34,567 bases of DNA from the NCBI GenBank assembly GCA_964255285.1, contig CAXUUL010000086.1:1-34567 (forward strand), given 5' to 3'. The notes beneath the pieces are model-generated. The model had not been told where the DNA came from. It searched no databases and was given only the letters and a program-made list of their open reading frames with translations. The position numbers and the translations under genes were made by a program. Origin of the DNA: Ionaspis alba (Eukaryota). Shown piece after piece: positions 25,403 to 34,567 of this stretch (positions are counted from its first letter, which is position 1; the number at the start of each line of letters is the position of its first letter).

Positions 25403-28400
25403 ATGTCCGGTAACACGAAGGAGGACGAGGATGTGGCCAGAGCGATCGAGAACTCCTTGAAAGGAGAAGACGTAGAAATCCAAGAGCTCGAAGCAGCACT
25501 TCTTCGGTCCAGGGAGGAACTGAATGGCTCGTCCCAAGCGGTCAATGAAGCTTCACAAGCACAATTCAGCATGGCACCCCAGTCGTATGTGTCTCACGAA
25601 AATCACGTTGGAGATACGATAAATGGTGATTCATGGTCGGATGATGACCGATCGAGCAGCTCTCCGAGTGAGCCCTCGGTCTGTCAGCCATCACACGCTT
25701 CAGCTTCCGCGCCGGCTGCTACTGACTCTATTCTGCCAGCAGACAAGCCAGGAATCGAAGATATGATTGCAGAACTTCAGCAAAGCATTTGCATGGGTCT
25801 TCCGCGTCTGAACGATGCAAACAGCGATACTCTTGTCTACATTGACTCACCAGCTCGGCCACCTAATCTAAAGAACTCTACCTGGCGTGATGTCGTCAAG
25901 CATTATTCTGAACCATTCCGGATGAGGAGCAAAGCGCTGAAGGACACTGGCAGTCCCTTCATTGAACGTCTCCTTGGCCCGACAGCTCAGTACAGGTTCA
26001 AGCGTCGACACGACCTTCGTGGTGGCCAAGGACTGCCAAACGGAATAAAGTATGTCCTTGATCTTACGCCGCCAACCGAAGGGTACGAAGCCTTGAATCT
26101 TATACTGGATCTCTCTTGTTCTGAGGGAGTCAGGAAGTGGGGCCTGGCTCGGAAGAGATGGAACATCGCCCAAACTTTGGTCAGTGGCAAGGATGAGTTC
26201 ACGGACAACGCTGCAGATGCCGACAACGTCACAAAGCCCGTAACGAGGTCAGAATTGTCCCAAACTTCAGATCTGGAGTGTATCAGCAAGGACGAAATTG
26301 ACTACGAAGTCCCGGAGGATTACACTCCACTTAGACACCGCCTTGCTATCGAGCGTGTTCTCATGGCAATTTCCGGAAAGGATCCCAAGCTTGACTCGGC
26401 ACCAAAGGTCTGGACAACATTTGCCGTCGCTAAAAACTTCGGGATCAGGCAAAGCCTACTCACAGACTACATCATTCGTTGGCTTCGTGCGCCACCTAAT
26501 ACTTTATTCCTCGAAGTTTTACCAGAGGTCGCTCTCCAGATAGCCGATGGGCTCCAGTGTCAGTCGTTGTGTCGAGATGCATTTGCAATTCTGGTAGGAG
26601 AAGCAGCTTTGACTGCCTCTTGCCAAGGTCGAGACTTTCCTGCTGGACACAACGTGCATGGGAGGAAGCTGGGTTATTTGCCTGAAGGCTACCTGACTCG
26701 CGTGCAATATGCCAAGGACATTTTCCGCGAACGCATGGAAAATCAATTTCATGTATTGGCTGGACATGAAATGAGATGGATAGAAGAAATACCTGAACTA
26801 CGGCAGCTGTCGAGAAAGATGCTGAACAACACCGAACATAAGCGGGCAATCACCGCGCTGGTACAGGTGCTCAAGCGTTATGTCCAAGGAAGCATCTATC
26901 ATCTATTGTGTCTGAACTACGATAACATGCCTGGCCCGGTCATGGATCGGGGTGGTGCAAGTGACCTGTTTCCGAACACAAAATTTCGGGTCACATGGAA
27001 GAAGCTCCTCTATCGTGATCGTTACTTGACACTCTCCTTTTGGAAATTGATGCGGGGCTGCCGTCTCCGTACCTGGGACACGAATTTTGCCATTGAACCC
27101 GAAGAGAGTTACGGAAAGCCCAGTCAGACCACTATTGAGGCGCAGCAGCTACAGGAAGCCGGCATTTACAGCCGAGTCACGTACCGTGAAGTCAGGGAGA
27201 AGATTGAGGAATGTCGTATGCTGAGCGACAGGACTCCCATCTCCTCCTTCGCCGAATTGTCCCTTGCCCAAAATTCGGCCCTGAATAGCGGCAAAACGTT
27301 GTCTGACGTTGAATCTTCAACGGCATCGCCCTCTAAGAAAAGGCCCTTCTTGCAAGACACCGAGAGTCTCACACTTCCTATGTACGTTCCGATTCGTCCG
27401 GCACAATCAAGAGACGGTAATGAAGCATGGGCCACCGGGTCTGATCACAAGCGCCGCTTGTCTGCCTCTCTACGGCCGAGAGGAGAAAATGGAAGCGGAA
27501 ACGATTCAAGAAGCCCACCGCCTACGACCACCTGGACTATTGAAGAAGGCAATGCTCTACGACCGCCTGAGTCGATGGAAGATCTGCCTACGTGGCAAGA
27601 ACTTGGCCAAGAATCGACGACGCTACCTATCAGATTCCGAGCTCCGACCGATCCCAAGGACACAGCAGCTGCTGCTGCTGACAACCCTTGTCAGCCTGCT
27701 ACAGATCCGTCACGCAGAGAACAGACTGAATTGTACTCTCGGGTGGCAAGCAGAGCCTTCCTCAAGGGGCGCACAGTCGAAGAAGCAAATCCAACAAGGA
27801 ATTCTATACCCTTTCAGAGGCTCCCAATTATTCATGATGTCCGAAAAGATGCCAACCTCACTTCTCCCCATGAGGATCAATTTTTCAGTCTCCTCAGGTT
27901 CCTCTCTCAGGTGGAAAAGCACATCCATGACTTCGCTTACAAAATGCTGGATTCCCCCGATAAATTCAGTCGCGATGCGCTCTACCTCGAAGTGACCGAT
28001 ACCCTTGTTTGCCTAAGCGACGAAGAGCTGAAGTATCTTCCACTATGGGCTGGCGGTAACGACGACGGTTCTGGTGGTGTTTACAACGATAATGTGCCCA
28101 TTGCCGACGTTGGGTTTTCTACGGCTGGACCGGGGGTGCACACCGGCGTTAGCAGCAGTGTTGCTTCAAGTGAGTTCGAGATGATTGGCTCAGAAGGTAG
28201 CACTGTGAGGTCTTCTACGATCGTCAACGATGGCTATTCAGACACCATGGATCGAAGGCGCACTTACGACGCTGACTCAATGTGGGGTGATGTCATGGCC
28301 AGCAAGGCGAAGGCAGAGATCTCTGGAGCTTCTGTGGATGCTGATGTCACTATGGATTCCGAGAGCACTTGGGAGCGCGTTGCGACGCCAACAACTAGCG

Positions 28401-28675
28401 AAAATGGAGATTCACCAATGGAAGATATCGAAGAGGCACCGAAGAGAGATATCAAGGGTAAAGGGAAGATCACGACTGACGACGATATGTATGATGATGT
28501 CTTCCAGGAGAATGACAACGACGAAGAAGCATTCGATTTTGGTTCGGATGATGGCATGGGCGAATTCGAGGATGCTCATAATGATACGACTACCTACAAC
28601 CATCAGATGAGCAGTAAGGATGCGAACGCTACCATTATCTATCGTGGAGGCGATGAGGAGGATGAGAGACCTTGA
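25403..28675 (+). CDS. Uncharacterised 1090-aa protein with two N-terminal UIM-like motifs, a BTB-like region and an acidic C-terminus
   Basis: Uninterrupted 3.27-kb ORF with conserved-looking blocks YVLDLTPPTEG, DYTPLRHRLAIERVL, LDSAPKVWT and DTLVCLSDEELKYLPLWAGGNDDGSGGV. Confidence 0.85.
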   Translation: MSGNTKEDEDVARAIENSLKGEDVEIQELEAALLRSREELNGSSQAVNEASQAQFSMAPQSYVSHENHVGDTINGDSWSDDDRSSSSPSEPSVCQPSHASASAPAATDSILPADKPGIEDMIAELQQSICMGLPRLNDANSDTLVYIDSPARPPNLKNSTWRDVVKHYSEPFRMRSKALKDTGSPFIERLLGPTAQYRFKRRHDLRGGQGLPNGIKYVLDLTPPTEGYEALNLILDLSCSEGVRKWGLARKRWNIAQTLVSGKDEFTDNAADADNVTKPVTRSELSQTSDLECISKDEIDYEVPEDYTPLRHRLAIERVLMAISGKDPKLDSAPKVWTTFAVAKNFGIRQSLLTDYIIRWLRAPPNTLFLEVLPEVALQIADGLQCQSLCRDAFAILVGEAALTASCQGRDFPAGHNVHGRKLGYLPEGYLTRVQYAKDIFRERMENQFHVLAGHEMRWIEEIPELRQLSRKMLNNTEHKRAITALVQVLKRYVQGSIYHLLCLNYDNMPGPVMDRGGASDLFPNTKFRVTWKKLLYRDRYLTLSFWKLMRGCRLRTWDTNFAIEPEESYGKPSQTTIEAQQLQEAGIYSRVTYREVREKIEECRMLSDRTPISSFAELSLAQNSALNSGKTLSDVESSTASPSKKRPFLQDTESLTLPMYVPIRPAQSRDGNEAWATGSDHKRRLSASLRPRGENGSGNDSRSPPPTTTWTIEEGNALRPPESMEDLPTWQELGQESTTLPIRFRAPTDPKDTAAAAADNPCQPATDPSRREQTELYSRVASRAFLKGRTVEEANPTRNSIPFQRLPIIHDVRKDANLTSPHEDQFFSLLRFLSQVEKHIHDFAYKMLDSPDKFSRDALYLEVTDTLVCLSDEELKYLPLWAGGNDDGSGGVYNDNVPIADVGFSTAGPGVHTGVSSSVASSEFEMIGSEGSTVRSSTIVNDGYSDTMDRRRTYDADSMWGDVMASKAKAEISGASVDADVTMDSESTWERVATPTTSENGDSPMEDIEEAPKRDIKGKGKITTDDDMYDDVFQENDNDEEAFDFGSDDGMGEFEDAHNDTTTYNHQMSSKDANATIIYRGGDEEDERP

Positions 28676-29091
28676 TGGGCGGTTTGGCTTCCGGATTTCT
28701 GGCATGCGTGTGATTCATGATAGAGGATTGATTTACCTTCGGACGGTGGGTGTCTAGAGATAACGGGCTCTATGGGCCGACGTGTATCCGAGAATGACAG
28801 GCTTGAAGAGCCAGCGAGATATAACATGATCTTCTGACAGAATTATCAAATTGATAATGATAGAATTTCATTGCCTTTCTGCAGAAACCTCAATACAGAG
28901 AGACCGGCAAAATTTCATACGACTGTAAAATCGAGCCTTTGCCACAAGTCCCTGTCCCGTATATCATACTCACTATATGGTCACAGCCCAATTTTTCTAC
29001 TTTTCAACTCTACTTACAGGACAGCTCATCACACAGGGTCCTTGAGCTCCATTGCATTACACGTTCAAGAAACGCTTTCCAGTTCCCCAGT

Positions 29092-29671
29092 CTATTGACT
29101 TCTCGTCTGCGCATTCGTAGAAATCAAAAGTATGCAAGCCGCGACGATCGCCGTTGCAACAATCGTAAAGACCTATGTAGATTCCAGTCAGCCTTATTCA
29201 AATCCACCCACTTATACCGACTCACCACCTGTGTCTTCCACCCACTTTGCACCAGCGCCCTACCCTCTGCATATCCCCTTGAGGTGCGAACATAATTCGC
29301 TGCCCCGCTGCTCAAGCATGCCAAGCTTAAGACCCAGAATATTAATCCAAAGGGCAGGGCGACTTTCTTCTCGATTGCTGAGGGTTGATTCTTGAGATGG
29401 AAAGATATGATTATGGCGATGGACACAATGGCCATGTAAATTGATAGGCGCAGCCAGGAGAGAAAAGTCCGCTCGTTGGCAAGGTGGTCGCGCGTTGTGG
29501 AGGCAGTATTGGCTAGGAGGAGGGGCACCCGGGGCGGCAAATCAGATCTATACAGCACGTCAGCTCGAAGACAGAGTAAGAAGAAAAGGGGCATACCTAC
29601 TCTTCAACGGGTAGTGGGTAGGTCGTGAAAGGCGAGAAGAACTGGGCGACGAGTTCGCGGATTTTGGACAT
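29092..29671 (-). CDS. DUF202 (YidH-like) small membrane protein. Preferred exons 29671-29601, 29547-29226, 29172-29092
   Basis: Signature RDHLANERTFLSWLRLS followed by three TM segments and VQSGWKTQ. Introns 29600-29548 (GTAGGT..TAG) and 29225-29173. ATG context is caccATG. The 5' structure is ambiguous. Confidence 0.8.
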
Positions 29672-30128
29672 GGTGACGGTCCTTGCAATGGAAATCTCAA
29701 GGATAGAAGCACTGCCATCGAGAGAGGTCCCCTGACCCGAAATAACAGGGACTGCTCATTATTATCGAGGCTCGCGGATCGTCGCATGCTGAGATGGTGT
29801 CATCAATGCAGCTATTGCGCTTAGGGTTCTCCAGATCGCGGGGCGCGTCAGATATCCGCCGAGCCGCATCTACGGAAAGCTTATCTGAGGGCATGGGTGC
29901 GTGATGGAGAATTGCAGCTTAAAGTGCCGATTATCGATATGGAGGGTGGTTGCTTGAAGAGAGCATTCTTTTTGACGCATCGAATAGGAGGTTCTTAGCG
30001 GCAGGAAATACCGTTCCTATATCCTACACCCTTTGGAGCACATCTGTCTGCATCAACTTTATCAGAACTAAGAGGGGTCAAATTAATAGTCACAGCATTC
30101 CGTCTAAGCAAAAAGTTACACCACAGCC

Positions 30129-32282
30129 ATGGCGGACTCCTCCTCAGATAATCCAGCAAAGGCTCTCCGCCCAGGCCGCCTCTGGTACACGCGTAGCCGA
30201 TCATACGATAACACCACCATAACGGGCAGGTCGCCAATCGCGCATGCATCAATAGCCCGCGACCTAGAAGAGGAGCCGGATCCCGACCCTGACAATCCAA
30301 TCGAAGATTCAGAAAGCGAGCACGATGAGTCAGACTCCGAGGTCTCAACTATCAGACCTACAAATAGCCATGGCTCGTTCTCGCACTCCATGGCTGGGTC
30401 TTATCGGAGGCCCAGCTTCACGACTGCTGGGCCTAGGGCAACTGTCATGCCACAATTGCTGGGGCCGGATCGGAACCCGACGAGGAAGGAGAGACATGAG
30501 GCATTGAGGGAAGAGAGGAGTTTATTGAGGGATAATAACGTTATTCCGCCCAAGCATCCACAGAAAGGGGAGCATAATATTGCCGCGAGGGTGGCCAAGC
30601 ATCTGCCTGTGGCTGGGATACCAGGTGGTGATAGGAAGGTTGTAAGACCTGACGAGGAGGCTGCCAATGGTGCTGTTCATGATGGGCTTGAGGATCCGTC
30701 AGAGAGCACGCCGCTGCTGGGTGACCCAAACTTGCCATATGGAGGCCAAGATGTGCCCGATACTATCAATAAGAAGTGGGAGGAGGCTGTTGCTGCTGGC
30801 ATGATACATACTACATGGCAGAGGGAAGCCAAAGTTCTTGCCAGATATTCAGGGCCCCTGATTGCTACATTTTTGCTGCAGTACTCCCTCACAGTAGCTA
30901 GCATCTTTACCGTCGGCCATTTGGGAAAGGTGGAGCTAGGTGCTGTCAGTTTGGCCAGTATGACGGCGAGCATAACAGGCTATGCTGTCTATCAGGGCCT
31001 AGCTACAAGTCTAGACACATTATGCGCTCAGGCCTACGGCTCTGGTAGGAAGAAACTTGTTGGACTGCAGATGCAAAGGATGGTATACTTCCTCTGGGTG
31101 ATCACCATTCCCATCGGTGCAATATGGCTGTCCGCCGAGCCGATTCTGATTAGGATCGTTCCTGAAGCTGATGTCGCTATACTTGCTGGAAAGTATTTGA
31201 AAATCATCCTCATTGGAGCCCCAGGATTTGCTTGCTTCGAAAGTGGGAAGAGGTTCACACAAGCGCAAGGACTCTTCTCCGCCTCTCTCTATGTGCTGCT
31301 AATCTGTGCTCCGTTGAATGCCTTCATGAATTGGCTCTTTGTCTGGGTACGTATTCCTGCCCCCCCAATCCCATAGCCTTCCGCTTGCTCCACAGATCTG
31401 ACCTATCCCTAATAGCAATTTAAATGGGGGTTTACCGGCGCTCCCATCGCTGTCGCCATAACGGATCTCCTCCTCCCTATTCTCCTAGCCCTCTACGTAC
31501 GCTTCGTAGCCGGCCGCTCCTGCTGGCCGGGCCTTACACGTCGCGCCTTCCAAAACTGGGGACCTATGATCCGGCTCGCACTCCCGGGCCTGCTGATGGT
31601 TGAAGCTGAGTGTTTCGCATTCGAGATCCTGACGCTCGCATCGAGCTATTTCGGGACTACGATGCTGGCAGCCCAGAGCGTGCTGGCGACTGTTAGTGCC
31701 TTAACATTCCAGATCCCCTTTCCAATAAGCATTGCGGCGTCGACGAGGATCGCGAACTTGATTGGCGCTACACTAAGTGATGCTGCGAAGACGTCCGCGA
31801 AGGTGGCGCTAGTCGGGTCGGTGGTGGTGGGGTGTTTGAATCTTGTGGTGCTTTCGTCTTTGAGGAACTATTTGCCTATGCTCTTTACCGGTGATCCGGA
31901 GGTTTCGGCACTGGTGGCGAAGGTCTTACCAATTTGTGCAGCGTTCCAACTGTTTGATGCGTTGGCTTGCAATTGCAACGGGATTTTGAGAGGTCTGGGT
32001 AGGCAAGAGGTTGGGGGTTGGGTGCAACTTTTTGCGTATTATGCTATCGCTATGCCAATAAGTATGGGGACGGCATTCGGACTGGGATGGAAGCTCTATG
32101 GATTGTGGACTGGCGTTGCGATTGCGTTGGGATTGTGAGTCTTGTCCCCGTTCATGAGGTGGACTAGTTTGAGGACTTTGCTGACCTATATTAGGGTTGC
32201 TATCATCGAAGGCATATTCTTGTATAGAACGAGTTGGGAACGGTCAGTGGAGGACGCGGCGCAGAGGAATGCATCGTCGTAA
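30129..32282 (+). CDS. MATE-family efflux transporter (Erc1-like), probably vacuolar. Exons 30129-31346, 31416-32134, 32195-32282
   Basis: Motifs GHLGKVELGAVSLASM, GLATSLDTLCAQAYGSG, LALPGLLMVEAE, ASTRIANLIGA and FQLFDALA..NGILRGLGRQ. The hydrophilic N-terminus carries an acidic dileucine motif (ESTPLL). Confidence 0.93.
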
Positions 32283-32499
32283 AATGCGGTATACCACATG
32301 GCTTGCGTTGTATAGATGGTCAGCTTTTTGGCTAGTACGTATACCAAATCCTACATTGAACCTTATTTTTGTATTTCACACGAGGTTTAGGCAGAAGATT
32401 TCGGTAACTTTGGAAATGAATGTTGATGATGTATTAGTCTTCGGAGGGTTCCATCTACCCTCAATATGCTCGTGTTGGCCGAGAATATTGCCTCTGTAT

Positions 32500-33177
32500 T
32501 TAGCTTGTCGAGGACATTTTCACCTCAAAGTTAAGGTGATATTTATCCAACCTTGGACCAATATAATCGGAGATATGTCTTTCCAGCCATGATTTTTCAT
32601 TTCGATTCTCATCCAGCAGTGGAGGCGTATTGACCGTGCGGAGCGTTTCTAAATTGGGAAGTTGGCCGTCGTGAAGAAGTAGGCCTACCGTCTGGTAAAG
32701 CATAATATTATGCATTGCCTCCCAATCGAGCTCGATTATCTTGATGTGATCCGAACATTGGGCGAGAATCTCGTGGAATTTCTTCAAGAACAGCATGGAA
32801 TTCACTGGGTAGCATCCATAGAATCCATGCAAAACCCTTTTATCGCAGACCACTTTGATGTTCTTCGTCTTGAAGACTTCTGTGAAGGGAAGGCGATTCT
32901 GCCATCGTTCTAAGAGTGATGGCGACAAATAGCACAGCCAATAGCCGTCAGCATAAATACGATAGTCGAGCGAGCTCTCTGCGGTCGAGTTGGCGAAGAA
33001 CGGGGAGGCTTCGAGACGCAGAACCTGGCATGTATGAAGGATCGCGTATCGTGACTGAATTATCGCTCTTGGGGACTCTTGGATCGTCTTTGAATCGATA
33101 GGCGGAAGCCCTCCGATGAGGTATTTGTATATCATGCAGCGCACTTCTGGAGGCATATTGAGGAGAGACATTTTCAT
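32500..33177 (-). CDS. Hypothetical F-box-like protein (225 aa)
   Basis: Intact ORF starting SLLNMPPEVRCMIYKYL, followed by AILHTCQVLRLEASPFF and LPNLETL, a pattern common in ascomycete F-box-like orphans. Confidence 0.7.
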   Translation of the reverse strand: MKMSLLNMPPEVRCMIYKYLIGGLPPIDSKTIQESPRAIIQSRYAILHTCQVLRLEASPFFANSTAESSLDYRIYADGYWLCYLSPSLLERWQNRLPFTEVFKTKNIKVVCDKRVLHGFYGCYPVNSMLFLKKFHEILAQCSDHIKIIELDWEAMHNIMLYQTVGLLLHDGQLPNLETLRTVNTPPLLDENRNEKSWLERHISDYIGPRLDKYHLNFEVKMSSTS

Positions 33178-33529
33178 AGGACCGACTTGAAGATTGCGAG
33201 TAAATGATGTTCCCTTCTGAAAAGTTTCTGGTACAAGAGCCGTGGCGCCTTTTTAGTATCGCAATGAGAGGATCTAAGCAACGATAAAGAAACTAGGCGT
33301 TCGAAATCCGGTTCCAGGGAGCCGCCTATCGGACTTTATAGAGATTGTGCCAAGAATTTTCATGAAGGAAATGTTCAAGCAATCAAGGATAGGGTACATA
33401 CACTTATAGCCCGAATTCGAAAATATGAGATGGTTCCGTGGATACATACAAGGTTTTGCTCACAAGCCCTTGTAAGCCAGACGCCTCAAAGCTTGGGTAA
33501 AATCTAAAGCACTCGCCTTCCGATCCTAC

Positions 33530-34563
33530 CTACATTTCTAGTACGGCCCAAGTCATATCATCCACGGTCGTAAAAATCAAAGAGTTGCTCGAAAGTTCCT
33601 CCCCTCCCTTCATGACGTCCTGCATACTCAATCCCGTAGCTGTAGCGATATTCTGAACGTGCAAACCCTCATTGCCTTGCGGAGTCGTCTCCAGGCACTG
33701 AAGCACACGTTTCGCTGTTGTGCTTAGATGCGAAATTTGTCTTCCATTGAGAGCCACACCCGCAGGCATGCCATTGCCTTGTAATTGCTGCCCTTGCTGT
33801 TGACCATAGCCACCGGCATCAGTAGCTGGAGCAGTAAATTGCTCGGGTGGTCCTCTTGTGAAATAGAGATGGACAAATGTAGCCTCCAAGAGGTGATAGT
33901 TGATTTCGTTCATATCCGTGATTTTCCTCATGTTCTGCGCACCTACATGCCTCTTGTCATTAAAGGATTTCAGCTCTCCCCAGATCCGAACCCAGGCGCC
34001 GATCTGAATGTCGTTTGACTTGTCATGTTGAGGTTCGCCAAGGTCATCATTCTGGAGAATCCACTTCTTCACTTCTATAATCCCTGTGCCGTCATCCAGC
34101 TTGAAGGTCGAGTTCGTGGCTTGCTCTGATTTTCCGCGAACCTGTCCAACAAACGTGACCTTGGTCACTTCAGTGCCGTCGATATCGAATTCGCCGTTCG
34201 GATGGGGTTGGTAAGCATCTAGGACTTGCATGATCGTTACAGGTCGGATGGTATCTTTACCATATGTATTCTAGTGACATGGCATATGAGTAGGGTGAGG
34301 ACAATCTGGGGATACTTTTTCGTACCTTTGACCCGTCTCCTTGACTTCCACCTTGGGACCCTCCTAGGAATCCTCCGCCTTCCGCCCCGCCTTGCGCGCC
34401 ATAGGATGTCGTGTTGTATTGCCCTCCGCCATAGCTGGTATTCCCGTAGGTTTGTTGATTACCATATCTTTGCCCGCCATACGATTGGTTTCCACCGTAG
34501 TGTGCTAAATAGTGAAATTAGAGAACGCGCTCTGCAGGCTTGGAGGTGAGTAAACAAACCCAT
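33530..34563 (-). CDS. RFA2: Replication protein A 32-kDa subunit. Exons 34563-34560 (ATGG), 34504-34326, 34270-33530
   Basis: G/Y-rich N-terminus (YGAQGGAEGGGF), DTIRPVTI, OB fold VTFVGQVR..FKLDDGTG..EVKKW, NEINYHLLEATFVHL and winged-helix tail NEGLHVQNIA..IFTTVDDMTW. Introns 34559-34505 and 34325-34271. Confidence 0.93.
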
Positions 34564-34567
34564 TTCC

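Overview
Gene-dense eukaryotic genomic DNA from a filamentous ascomycete (Pezizomycotina, inferred from short 45-92 nt GT-AG introns with CTRAC-type branch points and from protein similarity). In order: a YVC1/TRP-like cation channel (minus, 3' end outside the window, with a 4-nt microexon), a URA2/pyrABCN CAD-like enzyme, an F-box-like pseudogene, Dicer-like 1 (13 introns), TAP42, FAD synthetase, DBP4 RNA helicase, a DNAJC8/Spf31 J-protein, a 1090-aa uncharacterised protein, a DUF202 membrane protein, a MATE transporter, an F-box-like orphan and RPA32. No transposon, rRNA, tRNA or CRISPR was recognised. The most striking observation is that the CAD-like gene joins CPSase directly and in frame to ATCase, lacking the inactive dihydroorotase-like domain that fungal Ura2-type proteins normally carry (about 1886 aa here versus about 2200+). 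Also notable are tandem UIM-like motifs on a BTB-like uncharacterised protein, tandem splice donors in the DUF202 gene, frequent AAG acceptors and a recurring C-rich then G-rich skew at gene 3' ends. Exon boundaries were derived by hand and family assignments come from motif recognition, not database searches.
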